Below, piece after piece: positions 12,651-26,600 of a DNA stretch of 64,000 bases (position 1 is its first letter; the number at the start of each line of letters is the position of its first letter). The DNA is from Dimorphilus gyrociliatus (lineage: Eukaryota; Animalia; Annelida), in assembly GCA_904063045.1 (NCBI GenBank), contig CAJFCJ010000005.1, positions 1,875,988-1,939,987 of the forward strand, read 5' to 3'. The notes beneath the pieces were generated by a model. The model saw only the letters and a list, made by a program, of their open reading frames with translations. It ran no database searches and had not been told where the DNA came from. The position numbers and the translations under genes were made by a program.

Positions 12651-13379
12651 CTATTTCCAAAGTCTATAGAAACCTAGGACAATACCTAGACAAGTCATTA
12701 TTGCACCACCAACATATTTGAAGACATCGTTTCTATATCTTTCGTACGTTGCCATTAATTGGGCGACTTCTCTATCGATTTTATTATCTAAAGCGTGAAC
12801 ACTTCTTTCATTCTTATTATGAGCTTCAGTTGCTCTAGCTCTCTCTAAATTAATATCTAAAAGTATGTTTGCTTTGATTTTATCAATTTTTTCATCAACT
12901 TGCTTCCTTAATTCTACTATTTCCAACTTTTGCTTTTCATTTTCGTGTCTAAGAGCACCGAATTCACTCTTTTCCAATATTATCATATCCTTTTGTAGAG
13001 CATTCATCCTGGACATAAATTGCTCCGTTGTTAGCTCCAGTTGTGATTTAGTTACGACGTTTTTCCGTGAGTGTTCTGTATTTGTTGATAAAACATCTAC
13101 AAGGCTTCTGCATAGTACTTCTGATTGTTTCTCGGTGAATCCCCCAAGAACAAGGAGCTTTGTAAATACTTGCGTATCAAACATGACTGGTTTTTTTAAT
13201 CCTGAACTGCTTGGTTCTAATTGTTTTAAGTAAGATTCAACAACCAAATTGTTTATTTCATCATTTTTTTCAGCATGAAATACAGTTGTCGATGTATGTA
13301 CATTTTTTCCAATAAGATTAACAGACTTATTAGTATAACATTGACTTCTGACGAGTCTTAGAACTTGATTTCGAATCAT
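12651..13379 (-). CDS. CCDC90: CCDC90/MCUR1-family (DUF1640) mitochondrial coiled-coil protein, single exon
   Basis: Basic N-terminal presequence-like region, FDTQVFTKLL..GFTEKQSE, IILEKSEF..LRHENEK, C-terminal TM ending LGFYRLWK*. Confidence 0.9.
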   Translation of the reverse strand: MIRNQVLRLVRSQCYTNKSVNLIGKNVHTSTTVFHAEKNDEINNLVVESYLKQLEPSSSGLKKPVMFDTQVFTKLLVLGGFTEKQSEVLCRSLVDVLSTNTEHSRKNVVTKSQLELTTEQFMSRMNALQKDMIILEKSEFGALRHENEKQKLEIVELRKQVDEKIDKIKANILLDINLERARATEAHNKNERSVHALDNKIDREVAQLMATYERYRNDVFKYVGGAIMTCLGIVLGFYRLWK

Positions 13380-14109
13380 TCTAAAGATTAATACCTTAAT
13401 ATGCAGTTACTATCTTTTTCTAAGATTTCTATTGTTTTTCAGATTGGTTAGCAGACAAATGTCTATCTAATGCATATGTTAGGTCTAACTAGTGGCGCCA
13501 TCTTACATGTGACCCACCAAACAAGATATTTTACTTTTTTATGTATACAAACGTCTACCGAAAGAGAAGTGATCCCACTTGACATTTCAAATTTGTTAGG
13601 AAAATTCGGTAAGTATTAATATTTATTCATAGATTGGAAAACTATTTATAGACTACTTTAATTCTTGGCCTACGTCTTAATTAAACAGTATATTGAAACA
13701 TTATATTGTTAAATAAACCAATCCCTTAATTTGGTTACAAATTTTGTGAGAAATTTTCTTCTTGAGAAAACCTCTACTGTAATATTGATTATTTGACTTG
13801 CTTATTAATACCGAATGGCAGAACGCTACCGAACAAGAGAAAGGCACTATGTGAAAAAGGTGCGTTTCTTGGATACCGTATTGAAAACTGGAACTGCATT
13901 CGGCGTTGCCAGGATAAGTCAAGTAGAAACAAATTAGAAACTTTTGATTTAAAGTAATCCTAATCTTTTGTTGACTATTCATTACAATATATGCAGCATT
14001 TATCTTAGATTAGAGACTTGTTGTCAGCAGATAAATCTTTAAAAGCTATGTAAAGCTGACATTATCTTTAATTTTTTTTTCTATTTCAAACAGCCTTCTT
14101 TTTTCGTTT

Positions 14110-17100
14110 ATGGCTTCTGACGAACAAATCATAGAAGGGCTCATTCAGGAAGCTTTAAGTTCTGCAGATGCAAAAGAAGAAGAAGTTAAACTCCAAAAAT
14201 CTTTAAATGAACTGAAACAGGAAATCGAAGAGCAGGGTTTTTTGCAAGAAGAACACAGACCGACGAGTTCAGTGACAGTGCCAAGGGATATTCCTTATCT
14301 TCGACGGGAGCGACATGCAGTTCTTAAAAATGCTCTTCGGGTTCCAGAACCTTTCGAGATTAGAACTTTAGCGGATTCTACAAAAGAAGAACTTCAAACA
14401 GTTACTAAGCAACCGCATGATTATTCGGCAAAGAGTTTACCTCTTCTACTTCATGATTTTTTTGTTGATAGAAGCCATGAACTTGTCCAATATAAACATT
14501 CATTGCTAATAAGATGGAAGAGATTCTCAGAACATACTTCATCGGTGGAATCTCTGTTTCCTCAGTATCAGGGAATGGTTGACAACATAATGGCGGAGTA
14601 CAACGACTGCCTACAAAGAGCTACTCGTCTAGCTTCGGCAAGGGAAAGCTTTCTGACTGGGGAGGACAAAGGAATAATGCATGTTCGTTTAGAAGATGTA
14701 ATTATCTATCTTAGATGGCTAGTCTCAAGTCTTCAAGCTAACAAAACAAGTTCGTTCTATTTAAGAAACATCCAATGGATGCATATAACTCATAAAGAAC
14801 AACTGGACTTCAAAGTTCTATTGGAGAATAAGAAGAATAGAGAAAAATTAAATATATCCCATACTGACCAATCCTTAACTGGTTAGTAACTTTTTCTTTT
14901 GATTATTTACTTTACCAATTTTTTTTTATTAAAAAAATAGGCCTAGGTTGAACAGCAATTTATATTCTTTAATAAAACAGATCGAATAAGTTAGACTATA
15001 GTAAGTTCTTAATTATTTACTTTCCTGAGGTGGTCTATCAATATATACTTTTACTAGTTTGAACAAATATTAAAGCGAAGTTATTTGTCAAAATTCACTT
15101 AATTACTTTCATTTTACGATTTTAGATTGTAATAAAAATTGAGATAAATAAAAAAAAATATACAAGATTTTTTTATCTATTTATTAAGTAGATAACAAGC
15201 TGAAGTTGTATTTTATATACAACGTGAATAAATAATTGACAAGAGCTTTGTTTTTATCAAGACCAGACGGAACACAAGAGAGTATTAATAATCATATTGA
15301 CAAAAGAAGTACCACCCTAACAACAATCGACCGAAATCCTCTTTTCTATTTTATATTCATGCTAATAGTCATAACTAATTATAAATTAGTCTATAGTATT
15401 ATCTATACAATACGCATAGATATATATAGTTTATTGTATATTCTGTATATATATCAATAAATATTTATATACTGTATATTATATATCGTTTGCATCTGAT
15501 TTATGATAATGATCTTTTTAATATGCTTTACAGCTATACCGCCCAATGCTCCAAGTTCTTTAAATCCCCTTTTATTAAACGCTCAAGCAATTCCTCCTTC
15601 CCATGTTGCTTTTGCAACAGCTGCGGCTTCTGGAGGAGGCCGAACTAACCTTGGTATCGAACTACCCATTCATGATACTGATATTAACTCCTTGAAACCT
15701 CAATTGAAATTATTAGCACATTCTTATGGTATTGAAGTGGATGTTGACGCTATTCAAAACGTTGGCGAAGAAATGGCTTTATATGCCGCCGTTGTCAGAA
15801 ACTTTAGTGGTATTTTTCAACGTCAAGAAAGAATGAAAACACTGAAAACTTACGATTTTAGCGAACCTGGTTTCGAAAGTTGGGGTGTTGATCATTGTAG
15901 CCATGCCGTTAGGATGGAGGCAACATGGCTTCCTTTTGTTCATATAAAGCCAAAGAAAGATGCTGAATACGAGAGAAAAATGGCAGACCTCAGAGCAAAA
16001 GATACAGTTGATGAGTTGCTTAAAGTCAAATCGAAATTTTTACATGTTCAAGATCCTGACAGGGTTCAAGATACTCTTAGGAAACATACAAAAGTCTTGA
16101 AAGATGTAAGAGAACAGTCACCTCTATCATTCCCTCGCGCTGAGCATCCGAGATCGAAAGAAATTTGGAAAAGAATTTATTACGACAGTGTTCTAAGATC
16201 AGAAGATGGAGAAATGAAAAAGAAAGGAGAGTATGATTATACTGAAACCATTACTATGCTAGGTCTTGAAGAGGCATCGCAGGGAGGAACCGCTGATGAT
16301 ACCTCTATAGCAAATGGGGGTCTACTCTCTTTATTACATTTAAGACATCTTAGAATTAGAGACTTGCAAAGATCGTGTCTCAGTATACTCAATATGTTTA
16401 GATCCATCGAAAGAACAATTACTATCAATGATGGAGGGTTGAGTGTAGAGGGAGGAAAGTTGAAGAGAACTTCTCCTCAGAAACACAGGGAAGAACACCA
16501 GTTAGGAGCTCATCAATATATTCATAATACTCCTCTTGATTTCAAGTTAGATGAAACAGCTTTTATGCGATTTACGGATGTAGAAAATCATGATGATTAT
16601 TTTGTTTATCAAGAAGGTCGGGTACATGTCCTGGATCAGAGAGGCTATTACATAATCTATGATGTATCGATGAATGATATGAAAATGTTAGAACGCGATT
16701 TGTTACTTATGGCCTCTTCATTTCTTCGATCATCTAAAAAGGTCTCTTTTCACGTTGACAGGTAAAGTCTTTATTTCTCATTTTTCTTTTAGTTACCGTA
16801 TTATCGATATCGTTTTGTTATTAGATTTGGTGTTCTCCTGGATTTATGGACTTCCGAATGTCGTTGGTTAGAAGCAAAAAAAGAGCTTGTAGAAGTTTTA
16901 TTTGAAAGTTACAATCATGTTTTTGATCCTGAAGAAAGACGTCAGATGGCGCAAAAAATAACTGATATTCTCTATCTTCGGCCCCGAATTGATTTTGAAG
17001 AAGAGTATTTTTCCGAATCTTATAAATTGGAATGTGCAATTATTAAAAGAAAAGCCGAATTACTGAGAAACGTTCTAGATAATCATATAGAAGAAAGACG

Positions 17101-20100
17101 TAGATTTTGCGAATTAGTCAAAAGGGACGGGTTCCGTTTTGGATTACCTCAACCGATTATTCACAAAGTTCCAGTATCCATAGTATCTAATACATCGGCT
17201 TTAAAATCTATTCATCTCTTGGAATTTCATCCAACCCTGTCATTATGTTACAAAGTTCTTAATGCAATCGAACACGCTGTTAGAGTATCTAAGCAGGCCT
17301 ATCAACCCAAAGGAACCATAGAAAGAATTCTGGTCGAGAGGAGGGTTTTAGAAATTGCCGATAATATATTCAAGGAATTATCAGGTTTAGGCGATGCATT
17401 TTCAGAGCAAGTGCAGCGTGACGTGTTCAGTGATCTCGTCATTGGTAATCCATATTTGATGACCAACATAGCCGAAACAATATATGCTGAAGCCGAGCAA
17501 CAGAATTCGAGAACAGCCGGAAGGGATAGACAGCAAGCTGTAATGGAACGTGTCGCCGATGTTCTCCTTGCTACGCATCTATGGTATCAAATAGTTGATA
17601 CTGCCAGTCAAAGTCAGGTAATTTGCAACGCTAATTTCAAGTGTTATTGTTTAAAAACATTTAATATTTCACCAGATTCTCTCACCGACTTATCGAAAGA
17701 TGGCTAAGGAAATGGGATATGATGAATGTCATCTGTTTCTAAGATTTGTACAATTTGAATTGGCTGGATTGAAACAGAACATTGCGCCGCCTCCAGTTTT
17801 TATAACTGCACTATTGGGAGATGATTCTTCTGTGGATAGATTAGTTCCCAGTAGCATTCCGCTTTGTATTAACGAACTTGACGAAGCTCATTTGGGTCAA
17901 ATTTCGATGAGATCTAGAGATAATGTTCTAAATTCTATTAAAAGTGTCGATAGCATAAAAGCAATTCTATCGGCACAGATAGTACACAAAAACATGTTGG
18001 CGTGTATTGTACTTCAAATTGATGCTTGTGAAAAGGATCAATCATCATTTGTGTCAATGCAACTTGAAAAGGCTCCCTCAAGAAACAGGATGTTAAACGA
18101 ATTTTGTCAGAAAAAGGCTCAAATGGGAAATCTGCTAAGAAAACGAAGTGAAATGGAGAAATTAAAGAGAAAGCTGGTTCTTGATTTCAGCGAAGATTTT
18201 CAAAAAAGAGTTGAACAGTATGCGTTAAGATCTCAATTGATAACGTGTTATCAATCTATGAGGTGCCTTTTAAATTCATTTCCACAAGTTAGAGATAACT
18301 ATTGGGTTCTTGGAGCTCCAAATGAAAAAAAGACCTCGCAGGATACTATGGCTGGTCTACAGGCGAGTCCTAACGTTTTAACTGAGTTACCCAGGAGAAC
18401 TCTGTCGGAGGATGGAAGTTTCGTTTTGAATATATGGTTCATACCGCATTACACTGAAATACTTTTGGCATATAAAACTTTAGATGAAACTGCATGCGTA
18501 AATGCTTTACGAAATCATACGCTCATTGCCTCAGCTTTACACGATATTTTGTCGTATTATTGTGCTCATGCCGGTTTGGGTACAATTGGAGATTTGAATG
18601 CAAAGAGGAGGGAGCTAGTAACAAGTGCTGATTGGGGCGGCACCGAAGGAATTGGAGAAGAGCTCAGAGACATTAATGAACAAATCAATCGTATAAATAA
18701 AACTGATCCCAATTGCGTTGCAAAATTACTTGAAGAAAAACGAAATGTTCTCATTCTTCAAATGGAATGCGCTGTACGTCACTCAATGCCTAATACATTC
18801 TTGGCAACAAATAATGTTCCTGCCTTTAAGAGCATTAATTCCACTATTACAGCATTAAATGATCTCAGTAACATTCCTAAAGCAAGCATCACCAATATAT
18901 TTACAGTTCCACCTGATATTCATCCTAGAACTGAATCTGGGAGGAAATTCTTTCCTCTGAGGTGTTTCAATTCAGTCAACGGGCCATTTTCAGAAGCGTT
19001 TTATCCTTGGGACTCATTACAGGATGGAGTATATTTGGCTTTCTCTGCACTGAAACCTGTTGATAGACCAGTCGCTCATGGTGAAATACTCGGCGTATCC
19101 TTACTATTGGAAGACGTGTCATTAGAACCCCTACCAACCACTAGAGCTGTAAGTTCAATTATATCTACTTTGTTTAAGCTGTATTGTTTAATTACGCGCA
19201 ACTTTTCAGGTAAATGATGAAGATGGACAGGGTAAACAGTCCCGATCAGCTTCGAGGTTATCATTACACGAAAGGAAAGCATCAAGGCCTTTTTCTGCCG
19301 ACTCTATAACTGGATCTCTTGCACGTCAGAAGCCTAACGATCCCTTAGAGTGCTTAAGACGCCATAAGGCTTTCCTTCTTATGTGGAAGAGGGTTGAAGT
19401 TTTAAAATTGGAGTGGGCGAAGCGTAAATTATCGATTGAGGCAATAGACACAACACACACTTATAAGAGTTTCTGCTTAGAATATAGAAGAAGTCAATTA
19501 GCTCCAATAATTAGTCGTTTAGGGCCACGTCAACCAAATCCCACAGATGATACTAACATATCATTGAGTGCTCCAAAGGGTGTTAGCGAAGTTCTAATGA
19601 AGAGGGAACAAGTTAAAAGGTTAAAACTTAGATAATAGTTCTACAAAATAGCTTTATAAATAAATTACTTACTACCTCCTTTTATAATTTAGGCTTCTAT
19701 CATCCCTAAATAAACTGATGATCGAGGACACACAAAAGAAGATCACACGAGATTTGCAATTGGTAGTTGCCGAACGTCAAAGAGGAGACAATGCCTTACC
19801 AACCGATCTGTGGAAGATGCCTGGAATGGCAGAATCTTATACAGCTCCAAGACCACACGTTGCAGAAGATTTCGCTCAAATGTTCTATTCTAGCATAGAA
19901 GGAGATAGGGATAGTAGTAGTCTCCAAATACCGAGATCCAAATTTGAAAATTGTCTCAAGAAGTTGGCAACAGCCGTTATGGCTAGAGAAAAGTCTAATT
20001 ATGATAACTATTCAAGCTATTATGAAAATGTACTAAGATCTCAACATCATATTCTATATTCAAAAGAAAGAGAGATAAAACACTTAAAATCTGAACTAGG

Positions 20101-22917
20101 TAAAAGAAAAGCCCTTACTGAAGTTGATATGCAATGTGCACTTGCCGATAGAAGTCACGAACTCTTAACTGAAGTTACTGAATTAAGAGCAACAATTGAA
20201 CAACTCCAAAATTCTTATCAACAAGGAAAAAAAGATGGTAACAATAAATATTCATTACAACTTATAGGTCTTAATCTATAATAGATATATAAAAGCCTTT
20301 ACCCTTTGAATTGATAGATAGGTTCCAAGAAACACACCACTTTAAAAGCCTTATTAAAATTTTAGGAACCTATTAACGGTTATCTTATATATTTATATAA
20401 TTACGTTTACAATAAGAAATACTCTTAAAAAATAAAGTTATTAAATTTAAAAGGGATTAAGTTATATGGATTATCGGTAAATATTTGCATGATATAATAC
20501 TTATAAAGCACTTAGTCGTAAATCAAAATTTGCATATGCTACTGTTTTAAATATTGTTTCTTTTATTTTTTTAATATTCAATTAATGATTGATTTTATAT
20601 CTATGATAATTTAATTTATTAATGTTTCTTTAATTAAAAGATGATGAAATATTTTGTGATATAGTTATAAAGTATATACTGAATGAAATTTAAAAGATTT
20701 CTCCCTTTATCTCCTCAGGTAAAGAAGAAAGTAGAAAGGATTTGTTGAGACTATTAAAAGCTCTTCATGAAGCAACTTTTGAATCAAGAGTACGATTTGA
20801 TGAATATCGTAAATCGCTCTACTCAGTAACGATTGATAAAATTCGCCAAGTGCAAGAAGAGACCTCTTCCAAGATGGATGATAAGAAGCGAACTTTAACC
20901 GCTAATGCTCAGTCACCAACGCCGAGCGGTGTAGATGGTACTGAAGAGGATTCATTGTTTAAGGGACGGCATGAAAGGATGGTTGAAAATCAATTAAAAC
21001 AGGAGAAAATAGAAAAGGAAAGACAAGAAGCAAAATTTCGATTAGAAGAAGAAGTTAAACACCTTAAAGAAGAAGTGGAATTAACAAGAAAGAAGCTAAT
21101 CAAATATAAAATAGGAGGAGAAAAAACTATAGCTTCTTATAAGTGTCACATTGACGCCTTAAGGGAAGCCGTGAGAATAGCAGAACAGAAAGGTGTGTTT
21201 TATGACAGCCCAAATATTTGTCAATATTTCATGAGTATCTGTTTTATTTGTAGGAGATGATGAAAGAAGAGGTCTTGAAAGAGAATTGAAGAATAAACAG
21301 CATAAATTACACGCTGCTGAGCAAAAAGCAAGAAACGAAAGAAGATTGCACGAAGCTAGAACAGCAAACGTTGATAGACTCTTAGAAGAATTGGACGAGA
21401 AGGAGAGTCGAATGAAAGAACTGACTGAACAGCACGAAAAATTAGGTAGGGTGACCGCTATTGCTGCTCAAAGTGCGAAAAAGAAAGTAGACGATATGAA
21501 AAAAGCCGTTCAAAGGGAAAGAGCCTTGAAAATGGACGCTTTCCAAAGAGTCGATGAACTACAATGTAATAAATACGAAGTAGATCAACGACCCCTGACA
21601 ACAGTTGGCTTTTCGGAAGCACAATGGAGGCGATCTGCCAGCTCACCTTTCAATAATAAAGGGAATAAAGTTCAGAGACCAAAAACAGTAAGTAAAGCCA
21701 ATAAAGTAAAAATAATAATTAGGTATATCTCGGTCAATAAAATATTTATAATATAATATTTATAATTATATTTTAAGGGCGTTTTTTTCTTTATTGTCAA
21801 AACTTTATTACTAATTTGTAACAAAATAATAAGATTAGCAAGAAAGTTGTTAGATATTTTAAAAAAAGTGAAACATATAACCAAAATTTGATATCTTAAA
21901 AACAAATTAACAGGTTTTTTTTTTTTAATTGATATTTTAATAATTAATTATTTATTTTTTTTTGAAATATTAACTGTTTTAGCACGGACAACTTCCGGTA
22001 CTTTTGAACAGGCAGAAAACATTTCCATCCGCTTCGACGGTACTTAATTAGAGTCTAGGACTAAAACTCTGGCGATTATATCTTAGAAAGTTAATTAACT
22101 ATTGCTATAAAAGCATAAATGACGTTTTTTTTATAGACGTATTGAAATCGCCAGCGTTTCTATATCTTGAAATTATTTACCACTACCCGGTTTGGAGTGG
22201 CACGGGCTTTTTTTTTATTTTTATTCTATCATTTGTTTTTCTTTTCTGTTTACATTTAACTCTTTGTTTCTTCTAAAAAAAAAAAACGAATTATTAACAA
22301 CTACTCTTGAAAAGCAGACAAACAAAACAAACTAAAAGAGATAAACAAATTATCAAATACATTAAATTTTTTTAAATATATATATATATATAGTTGTTTA
22401 TTTTTATATTATTGATAGTTTGCTTTTTCTCATTGATACACACCTAAAAACTATTCAACAAACGTAAATACCTTCCATCAGATGGTGTAGTTAAACCTTC
22501 TTTAAAAATATATTGCACACTCCTGTTCTTTTTGAGAGAGGCCTCTTATGACAAATTTTTTTGCAATTCTTTTTATGTATTTTTTTTAGAGCGAAGAAAA
22601 TATTTTTTCCATTTTTTTTATTGTTCATTTTTTTATTTTGACAAACTTGTCAAAAAATTTTACAAACTTTTTTTTTATAAAAAAAAACTATAAAAAAATA
22701 TTGCCAATATTTTTTTGTTTGAATTTAATAGTACAAAGAAGATAAAAGGCTTTAAGTACTGATTTTTCTTTATTTTCTTTGACAGACAATAGGCAGATTA
22801 AGAACACGACTAACTGATCAATTACTGAATGATATTGAACCACCTGATCATCACGAAACTATAATGAAATTGAAAGAGATTGGTCAAAAACGGCAGCAAT
22901 ATTCAGTCGAAGCATAA
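14110..22917 (+). CDS. CCDC162: Very large CCDC162-like (DUF4549-type) coiled-coil protein, multi-exon
   Basis: ORF-track pieces 14110-21756 join in frame via GT-AG introns (e.g. VDR|FGVLLDLW, PTTRA|VNDED). N-terminal LHDFFVDR..LIRWKRFSEHTSSVESLFPQY motif recalled for CCDC162. Likely last exons 21983-22039 and 22786-22917; the 3' end is less certain. Confidence 0.72.
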
Positions 22918-23624
22918 TATACGTTTTTCATTCTTAAATTAAGGCTACAAAGGAAAAATGTTATGGGACTTATTGTAAACTAAGTAGATTTGAAATGTTG
23001 GAAGTGGGTTTATAAAGGCAAATAAGTTTCTTCCATTTGTGTATAAAGTAAGATTTTAAAGTTAATCCTTGTCCAAAATTCTAATCGAAAACCTTCGACT
23101 CAGAATGTCTTTGACTAAGAATTTTTCATAAATTGACTGTAGGGGTATTTAATCTTTATCAAAAGAAACTGCAACAGCTACTAAAGGTTGAGACAATGTG
23201 AAAGTATTGGTTAGATATTTATTAAGCCAAATAAATACAAAAAACCTATACAAACCATTGTATTTTAGATGGGAAAGTAGATGGGAAATATGGTTGATTA
23301 TATAATATACTTTAATAATTCTTTTCCGCGTTAAGCATGTAACGCTTTCTCTTTTGAACCGTGTAAACATTGAACATAATACTATCTATGTACATTTGAA
23401 ATGATTTGCTGTGACGAAAAAATGCTTTCTAAAGTGTGCCAAACATATTTTTTTGTTTATTTTTTTGTTTGTTTATATTTTTTGTTTGTTTATTTATACT
23501 TGTTAATTCGCTATTTAAAGCCGTCCACTCAATCAAGCTTTCCTCTTTCATATCCAACTTCCCAATTAACATTATAGCTCAATTTTTTTTAGCCTTTAAG
23601 AGAAGAAAAAATGAGTATGCATGC

Positions 23625-23626
<2 letters not shown>

Positions 23627-23655
<29 letters not shown>
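23627..23655. repeat. (TA)n microsatellite
   Basis: Alternating TA run. Similar tracts near 2520-2595, 29150-29285, 35265-35430 and 36880-36925. Confidence 0.9.
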
Positions 23656-23659
<4 letters not shown>

Positions 23660-26600
23660 TTAGAAAGAAAGATAGATAGAGAGAGAGATGGAAATTTACT
23701 CTTCTCTTGATATTTTTTGTCTATATACGCTCAATGTCTTGTAGTGCCAATGTTCTTTTTTTTTGTTGTTTTAATTTATTCTATCTAATTAGTACTGTAA
23801 ATATTAATCTACTATATGAATAAATATAACGAGTGCCAATCTTTTACATTCCAATTATATTTAATAAAGCATCATTAAAAAAATAAAGTGTTTACACCTA
23901 TTTCTACTACTTCCGAAAATAAGTAGATCCTAAAATTGCTCTTTAAGATGATTCATCTTACAAAGTACTAGTAATAAAGGAATGGCCAGCAAGCTTTTCC
24001 ATTAGTCGATATTGATTCGTTTTTCTTGGTCCGTTAATACTTTTTCCCTTCACTTCGACTACAATGGTACTTCCCATGACCTCACCAAAGGACACACTTA
24101 TATATTGAACAAGTCTGCTCTCTTCCTACTTTTCTCTAATTACTTCACTTATCACGAAAACCTTGGTAATTGTAGCTTTGTTTACTTTATAACTAGGATT
24201 GTCCATATTTCATAGCTCTATTTAAATATATTTTATATATAGGTATGCTGTATACTCAAATACGTTTGGAACATATTAGATTACAGTTTCAAGTAACCTT
24301 CCTTCTTTTCCTCCTCCTCCTCCACTTTCCCTTATAGAATATTTGAGCTAATTAGTAGTGAGTGGAGACCCTTAATCAGAAATTATCTTGATTTGTCTAA
24401 GAGAATAAGATCTATTTAGCTTAAGTAAAGAATATTACATATAAGTAAGAGAATAACACTCAAAATGTTTTGTTTGAAGAATGAGAGAATTACTTTTAAG
24501 TATATTTTAATAGTTAACTCAATTCTGTTGGATTATCTTGAAAGGATTAACTCTTTTACAAAATAAGATTGTATCGTTAGTATCATTTCATAGGGATAAA
24601 AAAGATAGGAAGAATATAGCGTTCTTCATTAATTAATCAAGTATATATTTACTTGTATAAAAGAACCCAATTTTTCTTATTACTAGATATTTTCTTTCCC
24701 TTGTTAAATTTGATCCAACTACTTACTATAGGAAAATTTGATCAAATGCAATAGATGGCGTTAGTAGCTTTATAGTTTTATCTTTTAGGTTTAATTGTTC
24801 GTTCTTAAGCGCCTCGTCTAAGTTGAATTTAAAGGATTTATTGATATTTTATTTGAAATTTTATTACAATTAACATATTTAGAGACATTTTTTAAATAAA
24901 ACAAACGCAATATAAAGAAAATAATCTATGACAGTAGATGGCGGTATAATCTGTTTTGATTAATAACAAATCAGTAAAATCAAGACATTATTAAGAGAAT
25001 AGAAGAGCATCGTTAAATAATAAATTTGTTATTTTTTTGTCTGTGTTTCTATCTGTGTTTTTCACTTGCGCATTACTCATTCTCATGAGAAAAACAAAGA
25101 AGAGAAGCAAAGTTAGCTAATAATTAATTATAGCTACTCTTCAACAGAAAATAATATCATGTCTTGAAATAGCATAGTCTATTAAAAGGCAAAGAGAAAA
25201 TCCTATACAAAATCAATTAAATGAATAAAATATTGGGATTAAAAACAATCTTTCTTTCTCTCTCTTTTTTTTTTAAAGAAAAAAGAAATAAAACTCTAAG
25301 ATTAAAGGCTAACACTTATCTACTAAGATTTCGTTGGTCATTATACACGCATCAATTATAAGTATCAAATAATGTAGTCGTGAAGAGAAAATAATTAATT
25401 AGTTGCTCTTCCAGAGAATTCATAAAAATATATCTAGGGAGTGCATTTCTCTTCCATTTAAATTTCATTTAGTGCATTGGTAACCAGAGAATTTTATTAT
25501 TTACATATTATATAAATATATATATATTTATATACTATATATAATTTAGAAAAATATGAAGTTTTAATAAAGAAATAACCCGAAATATAAATTTTGAAAC
25601 TGTAATAGAATTGATGGAAAGAATAAGAAAAGGAATAAAAGATAATTACTTTGCATTTTATTTTAAATCCTTTCCAATTGAATGGGTTTTTTTTTATTAT
25701 AAAAAGTTGCTTTAAAAGCATGGATAAGTGCAGTAATTAGCTTTTAAGTACCTTAATTAATTACAATTGCCAAATGAAATACTAATGAATGTCGAAACTG
25801 TTTGTCCTTCGCTATAATTTTATATAAGAATTGATGTAGTCTATATAGTCGATTTTTTTGGAAATTAAACTCTCCTCTTTCAATTTATTTATTTTTTTTT
25901 TTTCCGCATTTCGCAAAGTATTCCATTAGATTAATTGAGAAATTTAAGATTTTGTCCTTCACCTCTTAAGTACAGTACATATGAACATTAAATTAAAATA
26001 TTGTATTAAAAAACCTTATTAAATACATACGACCTATATTTGATTAAATTTAGCTAAAAATATCTAGTTATGATAGTTAATCTATTATATAGTTAATATA
26101 TATTGAGCTAATCTAAAAGTCTAATTCTATTAATAGGAATTGAATAAGATGGAAGGATGACTAGAATATTTAAAAATGCTTTTTTTTTCAACTAACAATT
26201 GGTTTAGAATTTGTAAGGAATATATGCAAATTAGACTTAAGGGATAGACCACATAAAAAACGAGAAAAGATAAACTAGACGAATGTATAAGTACAGCTAT
26301 TAACGGCACTCAATAAGCATCTTCACCTGGGATGGGTAAATGGTGCATGATGGTTTTACTTTGTTTTTTTCTTTTTTTCAATATGGTACTAAAAACTTTT
26401 AATAGACGTCATACTAAGAGGATTTTTGTGTTAGATTGATAAGGAAATAACCTTATTTTAAGGTATCATTTATAAATAATTTAGGAAAAAAATGGCAATT
26501 ACTCTATTTCGTTTTTATCATTGTTCATAGAATATTAAGTTATATTGAGATTATATAAGCATTAAGTCACGTATTGTCAATTATTGATTTTTATATATCT

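Noticed and set aside
12199-19285. Antisense ORFs within PSMG2, CCDC90 and CCDC162-like (e.g. 12199-12480, 12865-13233, 16237-16428, 18566-18754, 19076-19285)
   Set aside because: They overlap well-supported genes on the opposite strand and have no recognisable motifs.
20318-20373. 9-bp inverted repeat ATAGGTTCC/GGAACCTAT in a CCDC162-like intron
   Set aside because: Isolated short stem with a large loop; no target-site duplication, second copy or splice-site relationship.
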